A stretch of DNA of 64,000 nucleotides, taken from NCBI GenBank assembly GCA_963777315.1, contig CAVZQC010000005.1, positions 160,001 through 224,000 on the forward strand, read 5' to 3'. Positions within the stretch are counted from its first letter, which is position 1; each line of letters opens with the position of its first letter. This stretch comes from Vulcanimicrobiota bacterium. Lineage in GTDB: Bacteria > Vulcanimicrobiota > Vulcanimicrobiia > Vulcanimicrobiales > Vulcanimicrobiaceae. The notes under the pieces are model-generated. The model was not told the origin of the DNA, ran no database searches, and saw only the letters and a list, made by a program, of their open reading frames with translations. Shown here in pieces: positions 20,315 to 29,407 of this stretch. The translations under genes were made by a program, and so were the position numbers.

Positions 20315-20835
20315 GCCGCGGACCGTGCGTTCAGTGCGAGGACGTAATCGACGGCCGACGCGAGATCTGCGCACACGACCGGCGCCGACTCTATCTCTTG
20401 CGCGCGCGTCACCGGCGTGGGCACCAGAACGGCGTGTGCGCCGGCGCACAGCGCTGCTTCGACGTCGCTGCCGATATCGCCGATCACGATGCATTCTCGC
20501 GGTGAAACGCCGAACTCGCGCGCGGCCGCGTGGATCAAACCCGGCGCAGGTTTGCGGCAGCCGCACTGGGCGCGCGGCTCGTGCGGGCAAACGAACCACC
20601 CGTCGATCGCGCCCACCAGAGCTTCGATGCGGCTGTGCAGGGTGTCGAGCTGGGCGCGCGTGACCGCGCCTTGTGACAGCACGGGCTGATTGGTCACGAC
20701 GCCGATGCGCATGCCGTGCTCGCGCAATCGCCGCACGGCGCTCGCCGCGTGAGGCATCGCGTCCACCGCATCGTCTGCATGTGCGGCGTCCGCAATCAGC
20801 GTGCCGTCGCGATCGAAAAGCACCGCGCGGATCAT
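20311..20835 (-). CDS. HAD-IIIA phosphatase, GmhB-like (heptose 1,7-bisphosphate phosphatase family)
   Basis: FDRDGTL, VTNQ, CPH...CGCRKP, IGDIGSD. Confidence 0.88.
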   Translation of the reverse strand: MIRAVLFDRDGTLIADAAHADDAVDAMPHAASAVRRLREHGMRIGVVTNQPVLSQGAVTRAQLDTLHSRIEALVGAIDGWFVCPHEPRAQCGCRKPAPGLIHAAAREFGVSPRECIVIGDIGSDVEAALCAGAHAVLVPTPVTRAQEIESAPVVCADLASAVDYVLALNARSAA

Positions 20836-21755
20836 TGCGCCGGCTTGCGTAAGAGCGCGGGCATGGCAACCAAACCGCGAATGCGGTGATAGACCGCGGC
20901 AAACGGAATCACGGCGCTCGTGGCCGCAAGCGTGGTGATCTCCTTGGCCGTGCGGGGACCGGGCGCGATGCGTTTCCAGGCAAAATCCGCCGTTAGTCCC
21001 GCCCATGCGGCAAAACACAGCACCGTCGCCAAATGATACGGCCAGCGTCCGCGCGGAGCGTTCGCCCGTTCGCGCCAGTGCGTGCCGTGCAGCGCGCGCA
21101 TCAGCACGTCGTCGGCATTTCCCGCCTGCAGCCGTACGCTGATCCATGCATCCGCCGGGCGTACCGGGTGCTCGGTTTCGCGGCGCCCTTGCGCAATGCG
21201 ATAGCCGGCGTCGAAGACGCGTAACGCAAAGTCGGCGTCCTCGCGATACGCACGGCGAAAGCGCTCGTCGAATCCATCGAGGCGCTGAAGAATCGAACGC
21301 GCGTAGATCATGTCCGCCGTAATCCACGCAGAATGTTGCAATCCGCGCACGTTGCGTTCCCAGTCGGTGGGAGCGCGATCCGCCGGCAGCGGCACGCGCA
21401 CGCGACCCTGCGATCCCACTTCGTCGCGATCCAGCGCGGCGATGTCGGCCACCGCCTGCTCGAGCCATCCGGGCTGCACGCGAACGTCGTCGTCGAGAAA
21501 CGCGATCCATGCCGCCGTCGATTCGCGCCATCCCGAATTGCGCGCAGCGGCTGGTCCCATCGCCTTACCGCGCAGGATGCTGATGCGCGAACGAAGCGCC
21601 GCAGGAGCGTCCACCGCGAGCGGCGCTTCGGGATCGCGGCGATCGTCGACCAGAATGATGCGCCCCAAACTCTCGCTGCGCGAATCACCCAGCGATCGCA
21701 GCAGCTCGCGCAGCGACGCGCGTCCGATCGTCGGGACCACCACGTCAAACCGCAC
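20832..21755 (-). CDS. Glycosyltransferase family 2
   Basis: VVVPTIGR, GPAAARN, FLDDD, GFDERF, REDAD. Confidence 0.9.
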   Translation of the reverse strand: MRFDVVVPTIGRASLRELLRSLGDSRSESLGRIILVDDRRDPEAPLAVDAPAALRSRISILRGKAMGPAAARNSGWRESTAAWIAFLDDDVRVQPGWLEQAVADIAALDRDEVGSQGRVRVPLPADRAPTDWERNVRGLQHSAWITADMIYARSILQRLDGFDERFRRAYREDADFALRVFDAGYRIAQGRRETEHPVRPADAWISVRLQAGNADDVLMRALHGTHWRERANAPRGRWPYHLATVLCFAAWAGLTADFAWKRIAPGPRTAKEITTLAATSAVIPFAAVYHRIRGLVAMPALLRKPAQ

Positions 21756-23418
21756 CGCTGACCTCGCGTGGCTGCGAGCCGGATTGAAAGACGCCGCTGC
21801 GGCGCAGCAGAAACGGACCGATCGCCAGCGCGTCCACGGGCGCGGAGCCAAAGCACTCCAGAGCGTCGCGCGGATCGTCGACCATCGGCCGCCCTGCGGT
21901 ATTGAAGCTGGTGTTGATGACGACCGGGGTTCCGGTCAGTCGATCGAACTCACGCAGCATTCGCGCAACCAGCGGTTCGTCGCCGGCGTCGACGGTCTGC
22001 ACGCGCGCGGTTCCATCGACGTGCACGGCGGCCGCGATAGCATCCCGCCACTGCGGCTTGACGCGATGCGTGAAGAGCATGTACGGGCTGGGCAGTTGCC
22101 CTTCGAAAATTTCGGATGCGCGCTCCTGCAGCACCATCGGAGCGAGCGGACGAAATTGCTCGCGACCTTTAATCGAGTTGAGCCGTTCCAGGTTTTGCGG
22201 ATACTTGGGATTGGCCAGCAGGCTGCGATGCCCAAGAGCTCGCGGCCCGAACTCGCTGCGTCCCTGGAACCAGCCGACTACGCCGTCGTCCGCGAGGATT
22301 CGCGCAACGGACTGCGCGATGTCGGGCGGCCGTTCGTACTCGATGTGCGCGCCGTCGAGTCGGCGCGCGAGCTGATCTTCATTCCACTCGCGACCCAGCG
22401 CCGCCGTCGTCATCGGCTGCGTGCGATCGCCGTTTTGATGAGCTGCGAACAACGCCGCGCCCAGCGACGTGCCGGCATCGCCGGCGGCGGGCTGAACCCA
22501 AATGCGTTCGAATGGGCCTTCCCGCGCGAGTCGCGCGTTGGCCACGCAGTTGAGCGCGACGCCGCCGGCCATGGCCAGATGCCGGTCCCCGGTCTTCGCG
22601 TGCAAACCGCGCGCCAGCTCCAGGAGCACTTCTTCCAAACGCGCCTGCACGCTCGCGGCCAGATCGGCGTGTGCCCCGATGAACTCGCCGTCATCGCAAC
22701 GCTTTGGCGCAAAACGAGTGAAATCGACCGGATCCGTGTCGAAACCGCCGTCTTCGCGCACCCGGATCGCACGGCGGAACCCGTCCAGAAACGCGGGCTT
22801 GCCGTAACCGGCCAGCCCCATGACCTTGTACTCGTCGCTGGAACGGTGAAAGCCCAGATGCATGGTGAGCTCTTCGTATAAGAGGCCTAACGAACTGGGC
22901 AACGGCTGAACGGCGAGCGTTTGCAAGTCGCCGTCGCGCACCGTGCCGGAAAGATATGACGCGCGTTCGCCCCGGCCATCCGCAACGATAACGGCGCAGT
23001 CGCCCAGCGGTCCGCCCAGATACGCCGAGGCGGCGTGCGCGACGTGATGCGCGACGTACTCCACGCGTGCTCGCTCGATGCCGGGTATCGCCGCCTGCAG
23101 AAATCGCGGCAGCCGCTGCGCGTAGAGCGTGCGCAAAGGCTCCCAATCGCTGCGCGTAACGTCGGCATCGCCGGCAGCTGCAAGCGAGGGATCGTACGAG
23201 TATGCTACGACGTCGACGTCCGAGGGCTGCAGACCGGCGTGTGCCAAACACCACCGCGCGCTGAGAACCGGAAGTTCCCACGTGCTGAACGGCACGCAAT
23301 CTTTGCCGTGCTTGCGGCGGTTGAAGCGTTCTTCTTCGGCCGCGGCGACGATGGTGCCGTCGACAACAAGCGCAGCGGACGAATCATGGAAGACGGCGTT
23401 AATTCCCAGTACGATCAT
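21745..23418 (-). CDS. Carbamoyltransferase (NodU/CmcH/TobZ family)
   Basis: HDSSAAL, EEERF, HHVAHAAS, DGRGE, EYKVMGLA, GGVALN, GPRALGHRS, REQFRP, NTSFN. Confidence 0.95.
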   Translation of the reverse strand: MIVLGINAVFHDSSAALVVDGTIVAAAEEERFNRRKHGKDCVPFSTWELPVLSARWCLAHAGLQPSDVDVVAYSYDPSLAAAGDADVTRSDWEPLRTLYAQRLPRFLQAAIPGIERARVEYVAHHVAHAASAYLGGPLGDCAVIVADGRGERASYLSGTVRDGDLQTLAVQPLPSSLGLLYEELTMHLGFHRSSDEYKVMGLAGYGKPAFLDGFRRAIRVREDGGFDTDPVDFTRFAPKRCDDGEFIGAHADLAASVQARLEEVLLELARGLHAKTGDRHLAMAGGVALNCVANARLAREGPFERIWVQPAAGDAGTSLGAALFAAHQNGDRTQPMTTAALGREWNEDQLARRLDGAHIEYERPPDIAQSVARILADDGVVGWFQGRSEFGPRALGHRSLLANPKYPQNLERLNSIKGREQFRPLAPMVLQERASEIFEGQLPSPYMLFTHRVKPQWRDAIAAAVHVDGTARVQTVDAGDEPLVARMLREFDRLTGTPVVINTSFNTAGRPMVDDPRDALECFGSAPVDALAIGPFLLRRSGVFQSGSQPREVSGAV

Positions 23419-23556
23419 CGCTTCGTTGCCCCACTGACAACCGACTTTTTTTTGCGTGTGTGCTGCGTGCGCTGCGAACGTGCGCCTATTGTTTCCGAGA
23501 AGAGATAACTTAAACGCTCAGGTTAAAAGGGGGCACTTCATGGTAAAGAGCCGTGC

Positions 23557-24876
23557 ATGCACCGTGCGGCGATATTCGGATGCGGTTACGTCGGTCTGGT
23601 AACGGGCGCGTGTTTTGCCAAGCTGGGACATCACGTTGTCTGCTGCGATACAGACTCTACGAAGATTCGATCGCTGCAGCACGGTGACGTACCGTTGTAC
23701 GAACCGGGATTGCGCGAACTGATCGCGGCACAGCACTCGGCGGCCCGGCTGCAATTCACCGATCGCCCCGCCGAAGCTATGGCGAGCGCAGCCGTTGCGT
23801 TCATTGCCGTGGGGACGCCCACCGGGCCGACCGGCGATGCGGATCTCACGTACGTGCGCCAAGCCGCCCGCGACATCGCCGCATATGCCGGCGGTCCGAC
23901 TATCGTCGTGAACAAATCGACCGTTCCGGTAGAAACCGCGGACATGGTCGAACGCATCGTTACGGCGCACGCGCCTTCCGATTACCGCTTCAGCGTCGCG
24001 TCCAATCCGGAATTTTTACGCGAGGGCAGCGCCATCGAGGACTTCATGCATCCCGACCGCATCGTCGTCGGTTCGCAGGATGAGCACGCAATCGCCGTGC
24101 TGCGCGAGATGTACGCGCCGCTGGGCGCGCCCATGCACGTTGTCGACGTGCATACGGCCGAGATGGTAAAATACGCTGCCAACGCTTTTCTTGCGACCAA
24201 GGTTTCTTTCATCAACGAGATCGCCAATCTGTGCGCCGCGGTCGACGCCGACATCGACGGCGTCATTGCGGGCATCGGCGCCGACGCGCGCATCGGCCCC
24301 GCCTATCTACAGCCGGGATTGGGCTTCGGCGGATCGTGCTTGCCCAAGGACGTCGCGGCCCTAGCCGGCGTCGCGCGCGCCCACGCGATCGAACCGACGA
24401 TGCTCGAAGCGACGCTCAACGTCAACCGGCGGCAAGTCTCGCGCGCGGTTCGGCTGATCGAAGACGCGGTGGGAGATGTGTTCGGCCAAGCCATAGCGGT
24501 TGCCGGGTTGGCGTTTAAGGGCGGCACCGACGACGTCCGGGAATCGCCCGGCATCGTGCTGGTGCAAGCGCTGCTGTCGGCGGGCGCGAACGTTTGCGTG
24601 CTCGACCGCTTCGCCACGGAGCACGCCCGCGCAGTCTTGCGCGATCGCGTAAGCTATGCGGGCTCCGTAAATGAATTGTGCGCGGGAGCCGGCGCCCTGG
24701 TGATTGCAAGCGACGATCCTTCGTACGAACGGCTGAATTGGGAGAGCGTTGCGGCCGCGCTTGCCGATCCCAACGTCATCGATCTTCGCAACATCCTCGA
24801 CCCTGATGCCGTGCGGCGCGCAGGACTGCGCTACGTCGCCGTGGGCCGGGGGCGCCGCGCAGTGCTCGCGCGATGA
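23557..24876 (+). CDS. ugd: UDP-glucose 6-dehydrogenase
   Basis: GCGYVG, AVGTP, KSTVP, NPEFLREG, GFGGSCLPKD, DDVRESP. Confidence 0.93.
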   Translation: MHRAAIFGCGYVGLVTGACFAKLGHHVVCCDTDSTKIRSLQHGDVPLYEPGLRELIAAQHSAARLQFTDRPAEAMASAAVAFIAVGTPTGPTGDADLTYVRQAARDIAAYAGGPTIVVNKSTVPVETADMVERIVTAHAPSDYRFSVASNPEFLREGSAIEDFMHPDRIVVGSQDEHAIAVLREMYAPLGAPMHVVDVHTAEMVKYAANAFLATKVSFINEIANLCAAVDADIDGVIAGIGADARIGPAYLQPGLGFGGSCLPKDVAALAGVARAHAIEPTMLEATLNVNRRQVSRAVRLIEDAVGDVFGQAIAVAGLAFKGGTDDVRESPGIVLVQALLSAGANVCVLDRFATEHARAVLRDRVSYAGSVNELCAGAGALVIASDDPSYERLNWESVAAALADPNVIDLRNILDPDAVRRAGLRYVAVGRGRRAVLAR

Positions 24877-25838
24877 ACGTGCTCATTACCGGCGTCGCCG
24901 GTTTTTTGGGATCGCACTTGGCGGACGCGTATCTGCAGCGAGGCGACAACGTCGTGGGTGTGGATGACTTGTCGACGTCCACCGGCGAGAACATCGCGCA
25001 TCTGCAGCCCGAACCGCGCTTTGATTTCATCCAAGCCGACTTGTGCGAAGGCATTACCCGGATCGAACGTCCGCCCGATCTGATCTTGCACTTCGCATCA
25101 CCCGCCAGCCCGCAGGATTATGCGCGCGCTCCGATAGCAACGCTCAACGTCAACGGCTCGGGCACCGAGCGCTGCTGCAAGTTGGCGCTGGCGAACGGCG
25201 CGCGGCTGATATACGCCTCGACCTCCGAAGTGTACGGCGATCCGCTGGTGCATCCACAACCCGAACGCTACCGCGGCAACGTCAATTCACTTGGTCCGCG
25301 TTCGTGCTACGACGAGGGCAAGCGTTTCGGCGAAGCGATGATTGCGGCGTACCGCCGCACGCACGGCTTGGATGCGCGCATCGCGCGCATCTTCAATACG
25401 TATGGTCCTCGCATGCGCGCCGGCGATGGCCGGGTGGTGCCGGCCTTCATTAAACAGGCGTTGGAGGGAACGCCGCTGACCGTCTTCGGCGACGGCACGC
25501 AAACGCGCTCGCTGTGTTTCGTCGACGATCTCGTCGAGGGCATCACTGCCTTGGCAGCGTTGGAACGTCCGGCCCACGAGGTCGTGAATCTGGGTTCGGA
25601 GTTCGAAGTTGACGTAAACGAAATCGCGCGCACGATAGCGCGGCTATGCGGGGTAACGCTCACCGTGGAGCAGTGCCCTCTGCCGCCCGACGATCCGGTG
25701 CGGCGCCGTCCGGACCTTGCGCGCGCTCGCGCGATGCTGGGCTGGGAACCGCAGACGCCGTTGGAAACCGGCATGCGCAAAACGATCGAGTGGTTTCGCG
25801 CGCAGCATGCTTTTGAAAAGGAGACCGTCGGATCATGA
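24873..25838 (+). CDS. UDP-glucuronate decarboxylase (UDP-xylose synthase)-like epimerase/dehydratase
   Basis: GVAGFLG, ASPASP, STSEVYGDP, RSCYDEGKR, RIFNTYGPRM, DDPVRRRPD. Confidence 0.9.
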   Translation: MNVLITGVAGFLGSHLADAYLQRGDNVVGVDDLSTSTGENIAHLQPEPRFDFIQADLCEGITRIERPPDLILHFASPASPQDYARAPIATLNVNGSGTERCCKLALANGARLIYASTSEVYGDPLVHPQPERYRGNVNSLGPRSCYDEGKRFGEAMIAAYRRTHGLDARIARIFNTYGPRMRAGDGRVVPAFIKQALEGTPLTVFGDGTQTRSLCFVDDLVEGITALAALERPAHEVVNLGSEFEVDVNEIARTIARLCGVTLTVEQCPLPPDDPVRRRPDLARARAMLGWEPQTPLETGMRKTIEWFRAQHAFEKETVGS

Positions 25839-26563
25839 CCGCGACTACGGGATATACGCAAACCTCTGCGGCCGCGCGCGCGCTGCACGGGACGTTCATC
25901 GTCACCGGAGCTGCGTCGGGGCTCGGATTGGCCATCGCACAGGCGATTGGAGCCGCGGGCGCAAGCGCCGTCGGCTTTGACGTCAACGCGCCTTCGGGCG
26001 ATTTCGAGCACGAGATCGTCGACGTTTCCGACACGTCGATAGTGGAAGCGAAAGTTCGCGAAGTTGCGCGGCGACACGGTGGGCTTAGCGGTGTGGTTGC
26101 GAACGCAGGCATCGACGCGTGCGGGCGTTTCCAGGACGTGTCCGCCGGCGCGTGGGAGCGCGTGATCAAAGTCAACTTGATGGGCACTGCGGCAGTCGTG
26201 CGCGCCGCATTGCCGCATCTGATCGAAAGTCACGGGCGCGTCGTCACGGTAGCATCCACTTTGGGCCTGCGCGCGGTGAGCGACGCGACCGCGTACTGCG
26301 CGAGCAAATTCGGTGTGGTTGGATTCACCCGAGCCCTCGCAACCGAACTGGCGGGTCAAGTCGGGGTGACGCTGCTGATTCCCGGCGGCATGCACACGCA
26401 TTTCTTCGATGACCGCGACGAAAAATACAAGCCCGGTGCGGACGCCCGGCTCAATCGCCCGGAAGACGTAGCGCAAGCAGCGGTTTTCGCACTTGCCCAG
26501 CCGCCGGGCTGCGAAGTGCGCGAGATGCTGATCTGTCCGTCGATGGAGACGTCCTGGCCTTAA
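25835..26563 (+). CDS. SDR oxidoreductase
   Basis: TGAASGLG, NAG, YCASK. Confidence 0.9.
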   Translation: MTATTGYTQTSAAARALHGTFIVTGAASGLGLAIAQAIGAAGASAVGFDVNAPSGDFEHEIVDVSDTSIVEAKVREVARRHGGLSGVVANAGIDACGRFQDVSAGAWERVIKVNLMGTAAVVRAALPHLIESHGRVVTVASTLGLRAVSDATAYCASKFGVVGFTRALATELAGQVGVTLLIPGGMHTHFFDDRDEKYKPGADARLNRPEDVAQAAVFALAQPPGCEVREMLICPSMETSWP

Positions 26564-26614
26564 GCGTTCCCGGACTTTCGCTCCAAAACAACGCATTTTC
26601 AGCCCTATATACCC

Positions 26615-26643
26615 TTGACGGAATATGCCTTATGGGGGATAAT
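26615..26643 (+). promoter_or_regulatory. Sigma70-type promoter of the TA operon (probably leaderless)
   Basis: TTGACG-N17-GATAAT ending 5 nt before GTG 26649; no SD. Confidence 0.65.
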
Positions 26644-26648
26644 ACGTT

Positions 26649-27011
26649 GTGGCATGGGAAGTCGAATTTACGGACGAGTTCAAGGAGTGGTGGGACGATA
26701 TCGATGGCGGCGCTCAAGCAGACATCGATGCATGCGTTCGGCTCCTAGCGGAGGTGGGACCGGCGTTAGGACGGCCTCACGTCGATACTGTAAGCGGCTC
26801 GGCCCACGCCAACATGAAGGAGCTCAGAGTCCAGAGCAATGCGCGGCCGTTTCGGATATTTTTTGCCTTCGATCCACGCAGAACTGGCATTTTATTAATC
26901 GGCGGCGACAAGACTGGCAAAAAGCGATTCTACGAAGAGATGATTTTAATCGCTGACCATCTCTACGATGAGCACCTTGAAGAAATTGGAGACGAAGGCG
27001 CAAATGAGTAA
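26649..27011 (+). CDS. RelE/HigB-type toxin (Gp49-like)
   Basis: WEVEFTDEF, GPALGRPHVD, NMKELR, AFDPRR.ILLIGGDK. Confidence 0.9.
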   Translation: MAWEVEFTDEFKEWWDDIDGGAQADIDACVRLLAEVGPALGRPHVDTVSGSAHANMKELRVQSNARPFRIFFAFDPRRTGILLIGGDKTGKKRFYEEMILIADHLYDEHLEEIGDEGANE

Positions 27012-27345
27012 GAGTTACTCAGTACTCCACGAGAAATTGACGCCGGAACAGCGTAAACGCAGTGACGCGCGACTTGAGCACTTGCGTAATCAAGTCCGGC
27101 TTCAGGAACTACGCGTTGCGCGGGCGCAGACGCAGGAAACGATCGCCGGTGTCATGCGCATTCCTCAGTCGTCTGTTTCTAAAATTGAACAGCGCACCGA
27201 CGTCTATGTCAGCACGATTCGCCGTTACCTTGAAGCGGTTGGCGGCAAACTTCAAATTATCGCGCAGTTTCCGGACGGAGAGACCTTTGAGATTACGCAG
27301 TTCCATGAGATTGGCGAACCTGAACAGGAACTCGTGGACGCGTAA
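27004..27345 (+). CDS. XRE-HTH antitoxin (HigA-like)
   Basis: LQELR...TQETIA...QSSVSKIEQRTD.YVSTIRRYLEAVGG.L; lies downstream of the toxin. Confidence 0.9.
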   Translation: MSKSYSVLHEKLTPEQRKRSDARLEHLRNQVRLQELRVARAQTQETIAGVMRIPQSSVSKIEQRTDVYVSTIRRYLEAVGGKLQIIAQFPDGETFEITQFHEIGEPEQELVDA

Positions 27346-27387
27346 ATCCTTCAGTGGGATTTTACTAAGATCTTCGGCTTGGAAACA

Positions 27388-27415
27388 TGGTGGCCCCAGC
27401 GCGGATTCGAGCCCC
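27388..27415 (-). other. Degenerate tRNA 3'-end remnant (possible att scar)
   Basis: Minus strand GGGGCTCGAATCCGCGCTGGGGCCACCA resembles a T-loop, acceptor 3' strand and CCA; no 5' half present. Confidence 0.55.
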
Positions 27416-27421
27416 GAAGCC

Positions 27422-29317
27422 CTACCGCGGCCGCACGATAACGATCGCAACGCGCGACTCGTCGGCCCACGCGGCCGCTGCAACCAGCGGACTGGTCAGG
27501 TACGCAAAGGCCTGTGCGATCTCGGCGCGCGAGCAGCCCGCGTGCGTGCCGTTGGCGGCCAGTTTCGCGTCGACGAGCGCGATCGCCACGTCTGCGGTAA
27601 TCGACGCCGCATCCGACCGCGCATTTCCTTGCGCAGCCGTGAGTTGCATCTGCCATCCCTCGCTTCGCAGATAGCTGCAGATAATCGTTAAGCGCTTCAC
27701 GCTGCCGTGTTGGCGTGCCCACAGCAATTCGCCAACGCGATCCGCTGCCAAGCCCGGCGCAAGCATGTCGCGCAGTTCGACGGCGGTAGCGCCGGCGCCG
27801 AGCAGTTGCTGGAGATCCCGGACGGTCCACGCGCTCACGCCGTGTTGTTGTAGTTCCGACGTGAATTCCAGTTCGCCGGGAAAGTCCGGGCCGACGATCG
27901 TGCAATACTGCGCGCCGTACGCATCGCGATACTTGCTGGCTTCAAAGCAGTCCGGCTGCGTGACTTGAGAGCGCGCGGTTTTGCACTCGAGCATGACGCG
28001 GTACTGCAGCGGGCCCAGCACCGCGTCTGCGTAGCCGTCCGGAGCATCGTTTCCGCCCAAGTGCGTCGCGCGAAAGCCCAGCATCGTAAACGCATCGCAA
28101 ACCGCGCGTTCGAACGCAGCGGGATCGTCGCCGTGTGAGGTTTGGCTCAGCCGCGCGCACAGCTCTTCAGCGCCAGGAGCGGGCGGCGGCTGCGGCACCG
28201 CAATCGCCGGCCACGGATCCGGCGGCTCGTTGATGCGAAACCGGCGATCGTCGTCCTGCACGATCAGGGGTTTGCGCTTGCGCCCTTCGGTGCGAGCGAT
28301 GTATTCGATCAGCGCGGTATAGACGTATTTGCGGCTCGTGTGCGGCGGCAGCGTTCCATTTTTGATGGCTTCGGCTAAAATTTCGTCCGCCGACCGCGGG
28401 TGCCCGTCGCTCAGAATGGCCAGCACCGCGTTTAACACGTGACCGCGTTCCGGCGCACTCGAGGGCGTCGTCATCACCGGGTACACGCGCTGGTCGACGC
28501 GTGAGAAGCGTTGATCGTCGATGATGCGTACTTGCGCGCCGAAGACTTCGCCGGCGGTATGAAATCTTTCGGCAAAGCCAGCCGCGCCGATGCTTCCGGC
28601 CCGGACTTTTCCCACCTCGTCCCATTGCAGCGGGGCGCACACGCTCAGCCGCGCATCTCCACGCAAGGTGTACGGCAGCGCGCTAAAGCGTCGCGGCGCA
28701 TTGGAACCGACGTGAACGTGCACGCGATCGTCGTTTCGCACGTTCGGATCGGTAGTAAGCAACGATGGTGCGCGCCGTACGGCTTCATCGGCGATTTCGT
28801 GCAGCCACGCCCGCACGGGCGCGTATTCCGGTGCATCGCAGAACGGCAGCCACAGGCCCATTCCCCGCGCGCCGGCCAGGACCGGAATGGAACGAACCTC
28901 GCGCTCAACAAGGACCTGGTGTATCGCGCGCGCTGCATCGTCCAACATGGGCGCGGCGGCCGTGGCATCCAACTCCAACAGAATGCGCGCGAACCGCAGG
29001 CGAAGCGGGTCGTTCGCCGTGGGCGTCCAGCTGTGAAATTCGACGGCGGAATCGCGGTGGCAGAGCCACAGCAGCGCGTTGGCGCTCAGTCCGACGTAGC
29101 AATCGCGCACGCCGCCGACGTCGACCTGCACCGATGCAATGGTTTTCGGCAGAGGCTTCGAAGTGGGGCCGTGCCATTGAGGCGTTGCGCTAAAGCCGTG
29201 GGGAAAACTGACCGCAACGACGGGAATCGCTCCGAAGAGGCGCTCGAGGAGCGGCGCCACGAGATCGTAGTGCGCCAGGACGGGAACCGTCGATGGTTCG
29301 TGCTGCAAGACATCCAT
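27422..29317 (-). CDS. Fusion: degenerate LigD-type primase-polymerase domain + winged HTH (HARE-HTH-like) + Mrr-like PD-(D/E)xK endonuclease
   Basis: aa 10-260 parallel the LigD Pol domain (AVEFHSW, PYTLRG, VCAPLQWDEV); aa 292-363 form a wHTH; aa 398-447 read FE...LGF...GG.DAPD...LECKT. Confidence 0.78.
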   Translation of the reverse strand: MDVLQHEPSTVPVLAHYDLVAPLLERLFGAIPVVAVSFPHGFSATPQWHGPTSKPLPKTIASVQVDVGGVRDCYVGLSANALLWLCHRDSAVEFHSWTPTANDPLRLRFARILLELDATAAAPMLDDAARAIHQVLVEREVRSIPVLAGARGMGLWLPFCDAPEYAPVRAWLHEIADEAVRRAPSLLTTDPNVRNDDRVHVHVGSNAPRRFSALPYTLRGDARLSVCAPLQWDEVGKVRAGSIGAAGFAERFHTAGEVFGAQVRIIDDQRFSRVDQRVYPVMTTPSSAPERGHVLNAVLAILSDGHPRSADEILAEAIKNGTLPPHTSRKYVYTALIEYIARTEGRKRKPLIVQDDDRRFRINEPPDPWPAIAVPQPPPAPGAEELCARLSQTSHGDDPAAFERAVCDAFTMLGFRATHLGGNDAPDGYADAVLGPLQYRVMLECKTARSQVTQPDCFEASKYRDAYGAQYCTIVGPDFPGELEFTSELQQHGVSAWTVRDLQQLLGAGATAVELRDMLAPGLAADRVGELLWARQHGSVKRLTIICSYLRSEGWQMQLTAAQGNARSDAASITADVAIALVDAKLAANGTHAGCSRAEIAQAFAYLTSPLVAAAAWADESRVAIVIVRPR

Positions 29318-29407
29318 ATCAGGCGCCTACTTGGCTGCCGGTTGTCTGCTTACCTGCCTGCTCCGTCGAGTTCCTGGCGCCCCGTCCCATGCGGGTACAG
29401 AGTCTGC

